This document shows, one piece after another, positions 9,437-21,148 of a stretch of 64,000 bases of DNA. Source of the DNA: an uncultured Nitrospinota bacterium (GTDB taxonomy: Bacteria; Tectomicrobia; Entotheonellia; J063; CAVPRW01). The DNA is taken from assembly GCA_963707985.1 (NCBI GenBank), contig CAVPRW010000037.1, forward strand, positions 1 to 64,000. The letters run 5' to 3'. Both the position numbers and the translations under genes were made by a program. Position 1 is the stretch's first letter. Each line of letters opens with the position of its first letter. A model generated the notes under the pieces. That model searched no databases, was not told the DNA's origin, and saw nothing but the letters and a program-made list of their open reading frames with translations.

Positions 9437-11166
9437 CCTGAAATTCCAATATAAGGGCACGCTTGATCTGTGCTCCACGTTCCTCGAGAGCAGAAGCCTT
9501 CACGAGAGGGAGGTGGACCATGGAGCAGACACGGGAAGCGATCACGACGAACCTGGCGGAACGGTGGTGTTGGCCAGTGGCGCGCCGAGATGAGGTGCGC
9601 GTGGCGCGGCGCCTGTACCGCAAGCCACTGGTAGACGGGGTGTACCCCTTGGACGCGGGAGCCTTGCTGGAGGAGTGCTTTCACGTCCTCCGGGAGTGGG
9701 GGATCGCCGACTGGCTGGAGGACGTCCGGGGCCAGGGCATCACGCGTGAGATGGTGCCCATGGTGCCATATGTCCTGCGGGACGGACTGAAGACGCTGGT
9801 GGGCCTGGAGCGCCTGCATGCCCTGGCGGAGTGGCTGGTCAGCGATGCGGCGAGCAGGCGCTGGGTGGGCTTCAAGGCCCACCAGGTGCGGCACGGGGTG
9901 GGCCCACGGGGCGCGGCCAAGCGGCAGGGGCCGCGCACGGCCGGCCCGATCGGCCCGCAGGCCCTGGCGCATAACCTCGTCAAGCTGGATTGGCGGGCGT
10001 TGGAGGTCTTGTTCCACGGGGTGATCCGGGCCCTGGCCAAGGCGGGGCTGTTGCGGGCTAAGGTGACGGGGAGTGTGGATGGCACCGCTCTGGAGACGAC
10101 GGCGCCGTACGAGGGCTGTGGCCAGGTCACCCGGCCACGGAAGCTCACCGACACGCCTGGCCAGGTGCGCACGATCGAGGTGACGGTCTACGGCTGGAAC
10201 GCGATCGTCTTGATCGATGCCCGCACCAAGATGCCCCTGGCGGTGACGGTGGTGCAGATCCAGGAGCCTGAAGGGCTCTCGCGGCGGGCCCTGCTCACCC
10301 AGGCCCGGGCGAATCTGGCGGGCTAGGCCCACCTGCACCAGGTGGTCTGTGATCGCGGCTTGTGGGCGGGGACCGAGCTGTGGTGGCTGGACCCACACGG
10401 CCTCATCGGCGTGGTACCGGCCCAAGAGGACATGGCCGTCACCGCGGACGCCCGGGGCCTGGCCGCCGCCAGCGACGGATGCCCCGTCGGATGCCGGGTG
10501 CACACCGTCCACCATCGACAGGGCCAGGCTGCCTGGCAGGAACGGCTGGAGACGGAGGTCGTCGGCATGGCCGGCCTGACGAGCGACGATCAGGATGGCA
10601 CGCCCGCGCCTGGAGGCCACCGCCATCGCCGTGACTGCCAGGCCAACCCGATCAACGCCGTGGTCGTGCGGCAGGGGCAGGGGCAGGCCTTTGGGCCGGG
10701 GGGCACAACCGTGTTCCTGACGCATGCCTCCGTGCAGCAGCCGTTGGAACCCTTTGATGACGACGATGAGCGGCGTCTCATGGAGCACTGCGGTATCAAG
10801 GCAAGCCCACAGCCATGGAGCCTGCGCCATCCGCCCCAGAACACGGCGCGGGCCATGCGGGTTCACGTCGTGTTGACCCTGCTCCTGTTCGGGCTGGCGA
10901 CGGCCTCTCGGCTGCGGTCTGAAGCCGTTGAAGCCGGGACGGAGCCGGTGGGCTGGCAGTGCTGGCGGCGCCAGCTCTGCCAACAGCACCGGGACCAGGT
11001 CATCGTGTGTGCCCAAGGCGACTACGGCATCGTTCCTCTGGCCGAACTCGTCCTCCTGCTGGGGGTCAAGCTCAAGGATGTGCCCCCAGGTATTGGGACA
11101 CATCAGGAGATCCTGGCCCAATACAAGCTCACATCCCATGATTGATCCTTATCTTGGAATTTCAGG
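9437..11166 (+). mobile_element. IS element with DDE transposase pseudogene (internal TAG at 10324)
   Basis: 20-bp IRs CCTGAAATTCCAATATAAGG / CCTTATCTTGGAATTTCAGG (1 mismatch). VDGTALET, VCDRGL, ERRLMEHCGIK motifs. Confidence 0.85.
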
Positions 11167-12667
11167 TGTCCTTGGACCGTCACCTGGACATGGTGAATGC
11201 CGTCCAAGAGTTGGAAGCCCCACCGCAAGGTCGGTGATGTGGTCGGTTGGTGAAGCCGGTTCGGCACGGTCTGATGGTGTGCGGCTCAGGGCTGGCGCAG
11301 GCGGCGTGGCGTCACCGAGTCGACCAACAACGCGAGGGGCATCACCAGCAACAGGCCGTCAATCCGACTGGGCTTTTTGACAAACAACGACGAGACAAAA
11401 AACAGCGGGTCGTTGAGCAAGCGAAAGCCCCCTGCGACACGGGACTGGCCTTTATCGGCCTGGATGACCTCGGGATCGCTCAACTCGCTGGCGTCAAGGT
11501 TGGTTCCAAGGACAAAACACGCGTGGCATTGCTTGCGGTGCTCAAGCGCCGCCTGCGCAGGCCGGACGTGGGCCTGCAGGTGCCACGCGCTGGCCTTGCG
11601 GGGCGTGCGCGGTGTGGGACGGCCTTGACCGGCATAGCGCGGGTGTTCGGTCAGCTGGGAGGACTCCCGCTGGTGATACGGCCCGCGCTGGGCCATGCCA
11701 TCGTGGCATCACTCCAGACGCTGAGAGCGGATGTTGTCAGCCACCGGGTGCCAGGGAGCCCACTCCAGCGCTTGCCTGATCACCTGGGAGACCACGCTGA
11801 GGGGAGTGGGCATGCGAGTGATGCCCCCCATGTGCTTGAGGTGGGGGGCATGGTCTGCGTGCTAGAGGTTGGCGTCTGCGCCCAGAGACCGCGGGCTGGG
11901 CGTCTGCGCGAAGGCGGTCAGCCACGCCTGGGCCCGTGCCTGGAAGACGTGGATGTCCGAGGTATGGCCATCCCAACTGTGGCGCACAGACGGGACGCCC
12001 CCGTCTTGCGACACCATCAGTTCCAACACCACCTGCTGCAGGTCCGGCCGGTGGTCTTTGGAGTAGCCGTGAGTGATCAGCAGGGCGTGCTCATCGCTGT
12101 CCGGGACATACTCGCCAGTCAGCGAGACGCTGGTGGTATCGAGATGATTGCAGCGCTGGTCGATCCCTGCTGGCGCACAGACCGCCAGCGCCAGCGCCTG
12201 ACACCACGCGTCGCCGCCATAGGTAGAGGCTTCATCGAGCGTGCGGCCCAGCGTACAGCGCTTGCAGTACGCGGCCTCGAGACCGTCAGGAAACAAGAGC
12301 GCGAGGGGTTTATTGGCAAAAAATTGGGGCGTCAACGATCAGGGCCGATGGGCAAAGCCCACGCCATTGAGCATCATCCCGGCCACGGCTTCGCCCGGCG
12401 TGAGGACTTCGTGTGCATCGGGCACGAGGCGTGCGTTGATCAGGTCAATCAGCCCTAAATCGTCGCTGACCGAGGCGATCACGCCGAAATGATCGAGGCG
12501 TTCGCTGCGCATCGGTTCCATTGGTCAACCCTCCCCTGCAGCATCAGGATGCGCCCAGTCTCGCAGGGGAGGATAAACGCTTTTTTCTCGTTGAGCACCT
12601 GCTCAATGTCGGCTTTACGACCACTTTTTGAGGTCTTGATATCCCCGATTTTCGTGCGAAATTTCAG
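11167..12667 (-). mobile_element. IS1634-family element, degenerate and internally deleted
   Basis: ERLDHFGVIASV..GLIDLINARL, HLDTTSVSLTGEY, THGYSKDHRPDLQQ, FRLLNDPLFFVSSLFVKKPSRI. End CTGAAATTTCGCACG. Confidence 0.85.
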
Positions 12668-13548
12668 TAGTAGACCTGAATGCGGTGCACACGCTGTCAT
12701 CTCACGCCGAGTCGCATCCTCCTGCCAACTGCACTGCAATGAACGTGCAGTGGCCTACCTGTCGTCGATGGGGCACATGGCGGCCATTGTACCATACCAA
12801 GCCATCTGATGATTGCCCGCTTGCCCCGGACTTTCTCATTGTCAAGGCCATTGCAATCGTCCTATGATGTACATTACTAGTCGATTCGAAGATACAGGGA
12901 AGAATCCCACGAGCAGGGACCTGGCTGCAGATGTCGATAAGTCCGTCTCCGGGTTTAACGGGGTCTAGAGGGGGGACGTCTTGTCGGTGTCGTGCTCCTG
13001 GGAAGACGATGCGTGCCTGCGATTACCACCCTCGAGGGATGGATCGATCGGTTTCGACAGTGGCAAGAGGACAGCGGCGTCAATCGTTCACTGATCTAGG
13101 GCCACCGTTTTCAGGCCGAACTCGATGACTTGGACTCGAAGGAAATTGAGTTCGGGGCCTCCGGCACTGGGACAATGCATCTCGGCTGGAGAAACTCTGT
13201 CACCGGAGCTGTTCATACGTTGGCAGTAACGCTTCGGCACTCAGAGGTTCGACGACATCGGCACCATCGCGATCCTGCCGATCTCCATCTCACACTCGGC
13301 CGGATGCGTGAAGCCCGGAAACTCATGCATGGTTGTTCCTGGCCATCAGGCGAAGATCGTCAATGAAGCGGGAGTCCCGTACCCGCTGTGGACCTCCTTC
13401 ATACTGGGGCTGGTAGTGACCGCGACGGTCAAAATCCAACCCTTTACCTTACGGGAACATTGGGTACAGCCCTGCACGCCCACTTTCTGCACCAGAAACG
13501 CTACTGCCATGAGCCTCCTCCTACACTGGGAGAGGACAGGGATAAGGG

Positions 13549-13908
13549 ATGATACTCGTATCTATTCATGATCTGATCAAACATCTTCCACTCGAGCCTG
13601 GAGAGAAGCTCTATAAGCTCTTCGTAGTACCGAGTGGATTCGCCCTCGTGGCGAAAACCATGCCTACGGGTTGGATCGCCTATCGCATGGGAAGCTTTCA
13701 GTTCTTCGGGGCCAATAAGGAAGTCATGCAATACCGGGAATTCGCCGGTATTCGGCGTAATGCTGAGCTCTTTGAGGCCTTTGTCCATCGATACCAGGCG
13801 TTGGCCTACGACAACGATCTGGAGTGGATTGCCGAGGATCTCCGTTCTTTTCCCAGCGCCACGGCGCAGCTTTGCTACTTGGCGGATCAGGGTTATGTTG
13901 ACGAGTAA
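13549..13908 (+). CDS. Hypothetical protein (119 aa)
   Basis: ATG with purine-rich leader, protein-like composition, 19 nt upstream of the zincin gene. Confidence 0.65.
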   Translation: MILVSIHDLIKHLPLEPGEKLYKLFVVPSGFALVAKTMPTGWIAYRMGSFQFFGANKEVMQYREFAGIRRNAELFEAFVHRYQALAYDNDLEWIAEDLRSFPSATAQLCYLADQGYVDE

Positions 13909-13927
13909 TCAGCGATGAGGTGTAACC

Positions 13928-14296
13928 GTGCGACGCTGGCATTTTGAACGACTGGTCGCGGAAGCACTCGACGGGCTACCGTGGCGCTTCCGTCGGCGTT
14001 TACGCAATATCGCCGTGGTAGTAGAGAGCGAACCGTCGCAGGAATTGCTTGAAGAGATGGGGCTCTGGCCCCACGGGACGCTACTGGGGCTCTATCAAGG
14101 CGTGCCCCTGCCCCGGCGCGGTTTGAGCTATGGCAATGTGCTCCCCGACCGCATCGCCATTTTTCAGAAGCCTCTCGAGGCTATATGTCGTACAAGGGAC
14201 GACCTGAAGGAAGCGATCAGAGACACCGTTAAGCACGAGATTGGCCACTACTTCGGCCTCGACGACGAGCGGTTGGAAGAACTCATGGAAGAGTGA
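13928..14296 (+). CDS. Zincin-like metallopeptidase (Zincin_1 family)
   Basis: LLGLYQGVPL..PDRIAIFQKP..TVKHEIGHYFGLDD (HExxH). Confidence 0.9.
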   Translation: MRRWHFERLVAEALDGLPWRFRRRLRNIAVVVESEPSQELLEEMGLWPHGTLLGLYQGVPLPRRGLSYGNVLPDRIAIFQKPLEAICRTRDDLKEAIRDTVKHEIGHYFGLDDERLEELMEE

Positions 14297-15428
14297 CAGC
14301 GAATTTAGGTGTAGCCTATAGTTCCGGACTGGCTCAGCGGGGGACGATTATCTCACTGCCGGTGGGCGAAGCCCTGCACCCATCGGCGCCAGTTTTGAGT
14401 GGGAGATGCACTCAGGACCCGGCTGGGGAGTTACCCGTTCCCGCCCTGCAGAAGGGTCAATGCCGCGGCGTTCAGCATCCGACCGGCGTCGGAAAGATTC
14501 TCCGAGAAATGTTTTGAGCCGTCATCTATGGGTCTGCAGACACCACTCGACTTCGACAGCCAGGGGCTTTGGCTATCCGCGATGGCGCCATATGGCATAA
14601 GGTAATGACGCAACGTTCCCATTCTTTCAAGAGCTGTCACGAAGGGTTTTCTTGCTTTTCCCTGCTGGCAGGGACACAGTGGTAGAGCGGAGAAGCCAGG
14701 ATCGTTGAAGCAAACATTTTCAAAGACCGTAGGGGGATCCGCCTAGTGTACCTGATTCAGCTAACACAGGTAGACTTTGCAGCGGAAAGATTGATTGGGG
14801 TGACGCAAGGATGAACGTTCTCCCATGCGACCCCCCCATGGTTGCGTACGGCGATGCGGGTGGCGGGAATTGTTGGTGTGCTTTCAACCTGCGGCCATGC
14901 CAGCCTCGGTCTCCCTTGTCTCCTAGCACGAGATCAAGAGACCTGAGCGGGTTTCACCTTTTTGGCACGTGGGGATGGGGAGATTTTGTCAGATTCTGGG
15001 AAGGCAAATGGCCCCTGGTCCCCTCCACGAGGGGGGGAATCTGCACGAGCCTCGCCGAGCCGGTCACTTGAGACTGCACTAGGCGCGGTACAAATACGCC
15101 GTCACCAGGTGGCAGTGGCCGCCATAGCGCGACTTACACTGAGCTTGACGGGTTCGGGTGCTTCGAGGCCAAGGAGGGTTCCGGCCGGCCATGCCCCACC
15201 ACACCTTCGACTGCGATGCTCCACAGGATCCAGCCGCCACGGTGCAGAAGTTAGCAGGAAAAGACATCGAGCTGAAGAACACTCTTGTGGACGGCACCAG
15301 CCCTGGATGATCGGGGTACATATACGACCCGTGCAGCAACCGCGGCGAATCTCCCCTGACTCGGAAGAATAAGCTTTGCACACTGCAAAAAGCTAGCAAC
15401 CTGCTAATAATTGTGACAAGAGGGAGAA

Positions 15429-15500
15429 TGGGCGTTGCTGGGATTGAACCAGCGACCTCTTGCGTGTGAAGCAAGCGCTCTACCACTGAGCTAAACGCCC
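15429..15500 (-). tRNA. tRNA-Val(CAC)
   Basis: GGGCGTTTAGCTCAGTGGTAGAGCG-CTTGC-TTCACAC-GCAAG-AGGTCGCTGGTTCAATCCCAGCAACGCCCA. Confidence 0.96.
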
Positions 15501-15622
15501 GTTTAGGACCGTGAACTATTGAGCTTCGCTAATGCAATAGAATAATCGACACCTCGCAGATCCCTGCTAAATCTGGGATTGAGGGTGTATGGCTCTTTCC
15601 TTACTTACGCAAAACTCAATAA

Positions 15623-15695
<73 letters not shown>

Positions 15696-16849
15696 CACGA
15701 GCTAGAGCTAAAGCTCACCTTGTCGTCTATGTCAGTGGTGTTCTGCAAACTCCAGGGTCCGTGAGCCCACACCATCTGACGACGTTTTCTAAAAGTTTAC
15801 CCGATCCTAAATTAGCAAGCAGTCAATAAAGTAGTCTATTCAATTCAGACTGGCAAGAGAAATTTTCGCTGAAGCTCAATGGACTCACACCACTTCCTGA
15901 ATCTCTCCAAATTCCTACTTGCTCAGAAATACGCGACCTTGGTGGCCATGGGCTCGTCCCGTTTCTCCCCGTTGGAAAGGGCGTAGCATGGAAGGCACTG
16001 GACGCCCGGAGAACTCTCCTGAACATGCACTCACAACGAACTTTACTATACTTCGGATAACTCGATTTCTGAATATACATTGGCGCGTTATGCGGCTGCC
16101 TTTGCATTGTGAGACAGATTTCCTTTGCCCGAATCACCTACTCATCAAGCCTGACTCTGTGTTGACTTCCCAATGGAGCTCGCAGGCGCGTTCTCCCGCG
16201 ACTTTAGCGTTGCAAATTGTGATCGGGTAGAGATAACGAGAGATCAGCCTTTCACGCCACACACGAGGTCCAACGCATCGACCAGATACGCTCGACCAGA
16301 CGCAAATTTCCACTGTCCCAGGACCTCCATCGAGGGTTCGAGGGGTGCATCGAACCATCACACGCCGACCTCCATCCTCAGGGCACCAGAAACTCTGAGT
16401 CTGAGCCGACGAAATTGGCCTGCTATGCTCCGCAGCTTCAAAGCTGAGACAACCTCGATCCGATCTAGCATAAGATCCCCAGATTCGGCGAACGTTGTCG
16501 CTCGGCATCGCCACACCTTTGGCAGAGATGCCCGATCGCATCCTGGAACAGGGCCACCTCGCGTACCTGCCGCGTCCTGTGAATCGTCAAGACTCCCTCT
16601 TCTTAGGTAGGATAGCAGCCTGCCTCCTTCTGACTTCACCCCAGAGCAAGAGAAGAACATCGATTGCCCCCCAAGCCAAAGATCCTGTGAACGCGACCAC
16701 CGCTTGCGCGAGATTACAGGGCCACGTATGTGGGGACCCTCAAATGACCGTAGTCGGGGTCACCGATTCAAGGCATAACTATTGCTACGTTCAGTCTGCG
16801 AGAATCAATTGAGTGGGACTACAATCTGTGGGACACCGTAGTGGTCACC

Positions 16850-17740
16850 ACTGGGTAAACGTCGGGAGTTGAAAGCCATCGCACCTCGGGCGATCATTGG
16901 TAGCCTTACTCATCAATTCGCCACAGGAGAGCTGCGATGATTTCCAACCCAAAGCCGATAGTCCAGCAACTGCCGTGCGATTTTCAAAACCTGATGGTCT
17001 ACGCCACGGGCTCCGACGCGCAGGTGCATACGGCTTATACTGGGGATCTGGCCCTGTTCCGACTGTTATTGGTCACGCGCGCCGCGATGCGCGCGGCTGA
17101 GCCGGTCACCGCTCCCGACGGGATGCACCTTACCTCTCACGATCAGCACCCGACGACTCACAATTCGGTCTTTGGCAGCGTACGCTTCGAGTGGCATGAC
17201 TTCACGACCCCTGGACGGGCGGGTTGCTGCCCCGTCGACGCTGAGCTGAATTTGCCGGTCCGCTGCTATGCTGATCTGCTGCGGGAGTGGGCGGTCTATG
17301 GACCAACTGAGGAGTCCTGCCGCGAAAGCAAGACAATCCTCGAACGCATCCTGGGGCTGTCGCGCAGCCTTCATGCCCTCGAAAGCGCTGTCGTGGAGGC
17401 CGGAGAAGATGTCACAACCGTCGATGAGCAGCCCACCGAACCGACCACATCCCCGCCCGGTGGGACGATCGTGGTGGAAGGAGCCTGTGGGCATGTGGTG
17501 AAGGATGAGGGACTGCATGGAGCCGTCGGGAATGCACTAGACCCCAGCTGGCGCGGAGGCCGTACTCGACCTGCGGGCGGTGCGGCTCAATGGCCATTGG
17601 CATGCCTATTGGCCGTTGGATCGGCACCAACAACATCAGCGGTTGTATCGCCCGTCCATCCCAGCACCGGCGTGAGCAGAAGCCCAAGCGCTGGGGTGGG
17701 CTGCCTGATCAACCGGCGTCCACGAATTTTGGTCACGCCC
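16850..17740 (+). mobile_element. ISKra4-family remnant with large internal deletion
   Basis: SVFGSVRF..PVDAELNLP..YADLLREW joined directly to VVEGACGHVVKD. Right end TTTTGGTCACGCCC. Left boundary approximate. Confidence 0.7.
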
Positions 17741-17872
17741 GCATCAATTGATGGCGTCCAAGCTCGGTCCCGCGCATCAACCTACATCTGGACCATCCAT
17801 GTCAAGTTATGCTGACCTTCTCTACCAGAGGAGACTGGCCACCATGGTTGTGAACGGAAATCCGAGGGTTAG

Positions 17873-18316
17873 ATGAGGCTGAGAATTACTCGTAAAAATG
17901 GGTTTACGGTAATAGAACTCCTCATAGGGGTTATGATTGTAGCCATTCTGGGGGTTGTAGCCGCTCCTCAGTTTACTAGTCTAATGCAACGTTTTAGGCT
18001 AAATGGTGCGACAAGGGTGGTTTGGGGGGATCTCCACAAAGCCCGGCTTATGGCCATTAAAGAAAGTACGGCAATGACAATTAGTTTTGCTGGGAACTCC
18101 TACGACATTACCCGTACCATTTCGGGACAGATGGTCCTGCAGCGCAATTTAGCGCAGGACTATCCCGGTGTTACAGTTAGTATGACAAGCAACACAATCA
18201 CGTTTGGGAGCACTGGTACTGCAGGAGGTGGAAGCCAAACCGTTCAAGTACAAAATTCAGCAGGTACAAAGAGCTTTACTATTCTTACAACTGGACGTAT
18301 AGGAAATGTCTCATGA
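17873..18316 (+). CDS. fimT: Type IV minor pilin FimT/FimU (GspH-like)
   Basis: Prepilin motif KNG|FTVIELLIGVMIVAIL; LHKARLMAIK; C-terminal TTGRI. Confidence 0.88.
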   Translation: MRLRITRKNGFTVIELLIGVMIVAILGVVAAPQFTSLMQRFRLNGATRVVWGDLHKARLMAIKESTAMTISFAGNSYDITRTISGQMVLQRNLAQDYPGVTVSMTSNTITFGSTGTAGGGSQTVQVQNSAGTKSFTILTTGRIGNVS

Positions 18317-18696
18317 AGTGGAAAATCCTATTTGAGCCTGAAGAAGGGTTTACCTTAATAGAGATTATGATTACCTTAGTTATTATGTCCGTTGGTCTTA
18401 TGGCACTTTCGGGACTTCAGGTACATGCTATCAAGGGCAGTATCTCCTCCAAGCGGCTGACAACCGCCGTGTCCATTGGAGAGGAGAAATTAGAGCAGAT
18501 TAAAAATACTTCTTATGCCAATATCCAATCGGAATCTTCAACCCAGATTAATAAATCCAACATGAATTTTACCAGACAAGTTACTGTGACCAACAATACC
18601 AACCCAGCAAACACTAAGACGGTAAAGGTCACCGTAACATGGACACAGGGGTCAAAGTCATACACAGTGCCCATTTCGACTCTTCTCAGCCAATAG
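18313..18696 (+). CDS. pilV: Type IV pilus modification protein PilV
   Basis: EEG|FTLIEIMITLVIMSVGLMAL..EEKLEQIK..TVKVTVTW. Confidence 0.88.
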   Translation: MKWKILFEPEEGFTLIEIMITLVIMSVGLMALSGLQVHAIKGSISSKRLTTAVSIGEEKLEQIKNTSYANIQSESSTQINKSNMNFTRQVTVTNNTNPANTKTVKVTVTWTQGSKSYTVPISTLLSQ

Positions 18697-18709
18697 CTCC
18701 GAGGTCAGA

Positions 18710-19443
18710 ATGCCCACGTCTGACAAAGGATTTACCGTCGTTGAATTGCTCATCTCGATGGCGATCGTTGGTATTGTGCTCACGGGGATATACGGTCTCG
18801 TTGTCACTTCGAGCAGATTTTACCTGGCACAAAATTCCATCGTCGCGATGCAGGCTGATGCCCGCGCCGCCATGGATTTCATGACCCGGGAGTTAAGGTC
18901 AGCGTATCTTACCCCGACTATATCCACTACCATTGCAGCAAACGACACGATCACCTTCGATCGGGTGGAGGACACAGGTTATTCCTCTGGCGGAAATAGC
19001 GCTACGACACTTAACGACGTGCGAAAAACCTGGCAAGGGAGCATGTTTGAGCCATCTTCCAGTTCCGCCTATATCGTACGAATCATTGCGGGAACCGGGT
19101 CAGGACCGCACGCAGGTGCGAACGATCAACCAAAACACTGCTACCCAGCTCACCGTATCGGCGGGGTGGGGAGTCGTTCCAGACGAGACTTCGTTTTATG
19201 TCATTACGATGAATAAAGGATTTACTCGAACCTCTGCCACTGATAACGTTTTGAGATATCGAATCGGCGACACGGGAGCCAATAAGAATCCACTTGCAGA
19301 AAATATCACGCTCCATTCTTTTCAATCTATCTCCTCCCAATATCATAACAATTACTTTAACTGCACGAACCGTGAGTAAAGATCCCATTACAAAACAGTA
19401 TCGTGAATATACGCTTACCGAGGATGTCAGAAGACGAAATTAG
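18710..19443 (+). pseudogene. pilW: PilW-like minor pilin with two apparent frameshifts (~19105, ~19335)
   Basis: KG|FTVVELLISMAI..QADARAAMDFMTRELRSA. Continues in other frames as QVRTINQNTAT..PLAENI and ITITLTARTVSKDP..TLTEDVRRRN*. Confidence 0.75.
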
Positions 19444-19456
19444 GGAGATCATCATC

Positions 19457-20663
19457 ATGACACTGGAGCTATCTTACCTGAAGAACGAATCTGGAGTTGC
19501 GTTAGTCACCGGCCTCGTCATCATGGTACTCCTCACCGCGATAGGAACATATGCCATCAACATGACAGAGATCGACCAGACTCTTTCAACCAACCTCAAA
19601 GCTTCAAAGCAGGCCTTCTATCTTGCAGAAGCCGGAATCGAGCAAGGGAGGCAGCCAATTCTTGCTAGTACCGCTATTCCCCCTGCGCCTGCAAGTTTCA
19701 CTGAAAGCCTTACCTCGGCAAATTATCCCGGGAGTTATACCGTAACTTTCCCAAGTATCATGCCACAAGCGCCAGCATGGCAATATAGAATTACTGTTGA
19801 ATCAACTGGCACAATTGGATCGGCTTCGAAACGCCTCCGCGCTTGGTCACAAAGACATACGAACCCTCGGACGCAGCTATCTCCATGACGGGGAAATGAA
19901 GCTCACTCGCGTTTCAATGGATGACACCTTTTTAGTTGATGGACGTGATTACGATCATCTGACCGATACGTTGACGACCAGTAGCGCCACAGTTGGGTAT
20001 TTCTGTCCCGACAACTGGCCCTCGAGTCGGTGGTCGAGGGGGCACTGTCATCTTCGCAAGAGAATAATATCCAGGGCGTAGGTGGAACTGCAACTGACCC
20101 CAGTGTTGGGGTCAGTACATCGCTTCCGTCTAGCTCCATCACAAGCCTAGCCAACGCCATATGCAATGCTGCACCGTCATCAAATAAATTCAATACACCC
20201 AATAATGGGACTCTCTATTTCAAGTGGTACCACTACTTTCGGCACCAGAACAACACCGAAGATGTATTGTATCGACGGTGTAGGAACCCCTGGCAATATG
20301 GGTGTTGAAATAAATGGCACCTTTAGTGGAGTTGGCGTGCTCGTTGTCCGAAATGCTGACCTCGTGGCCAGAGCTACTTCTTTCAAGTATGAAGGGTTAA
20401 TCATCGTGACGGGGAATGAGGTAGGATTTGGGATGCTTGGAAGTGGACAGCAGGAGGTCTATGGTTCGATCATGATTAATGAGACGAGTTCGGATGGGTC
20501 AACGTATAAAGAGTTATACTTGGAAGGAAACGCTGCGATTAAGCGTAGTCAATCGGCATTAGCTTATGCAAAACAGCTAATCCCCATCTCGGGGGTATCC
20601 ACCATCATATCGACCTTTCCCGCCTCAGTACAGCAGGTATCTTGGGTCGAGGTGAAACCCTAG
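19457..20663 (+). pseudogene. pilX: PilX-like protein with several apparent frameshifts
   Basis: KNESG|VALVTGLVIMVLL..KQAFYLAEAGIE. C-terminal GVGVLVV..YEGLIIVTG..VSWVE is spread over several frames. Confidence 0.75.
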
Positions 20664-20702
20664 TGCTTTGGACACCCGTAGACTTCAGCGGCCCTGCACT
20701 TC

Positions 20703-21092
20703 CTACTCATGTGGACTTTTTTCGTCGGGGATATAGAGAGGTCGATGACGCCGTGGATCAAGATGCTTCTCATGTGTCTGCTCGTTTTCAACCTGCGCAG
20801 GATTTGGTGTCGCGGAAGGCCGAGAACCAAGTGAAGAAGGAAATTGGTCTGCAGTGATTGCCACAACAATGTCTGCGGGAAGAGTCATGGAGCCAGACTC
20901 AGTGTATATCTGAATGGTCGAAGCATCGACGCGATATGCCTGCGCACGTATTTGAAGACCGTTTTTGAGCGTTAGCAGTGAATCTCCCCATCCTGTTTGT
21001 GCGTGCAGGAGAAAACAGCAAAGTGATATGGCGACGAGGGTCAATGTCCGCACAGTATGAATTTTGCATTCCATACGAATTATGCATTCCAT
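20703..21092 (-). CDS. Hypothetical exported protein
   Basis: Signal-peptide-like TLTLVAISLCCFLLHAQTGWG followed by LLTLKNGLQI. Confidence 0.6.
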   Translation of the reverse strand: MECIIRMECKIHTVRTLTLVAISLCCFLLHAQTGWGDSLLTLKNGLQIRAQAYRVDASTIQIYTESGSMTLPADIVVAITADQFPSSLGSRPSATPNPAQVENEQTHEKHLDPRRHRPLYIPDEKSPHE

Positions 21093-21148
21093 AACGTTCC
21101 CTTGTCGCAGACGAGCTACTATTACCCATTTATCCCCTGCAACAGTAG

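Noticed and set aside
9286..12458. 617-aa (minus) and 403-aa (plus) ORFs
   Set aside because: Antisense shadows of transposase pseudogenes.
14743..14774. Short inverted repeat AGTGTACCTG..CAGGTAGACT
   Set aside because: Single 10-bp imperfect hairpin with no other copies seen.
16480..16640. Fragment RILEQGHLAYLPRPVNRQD, reminiscent of a receiver-domain end
   Set aside because: Too short and degenerate to call.
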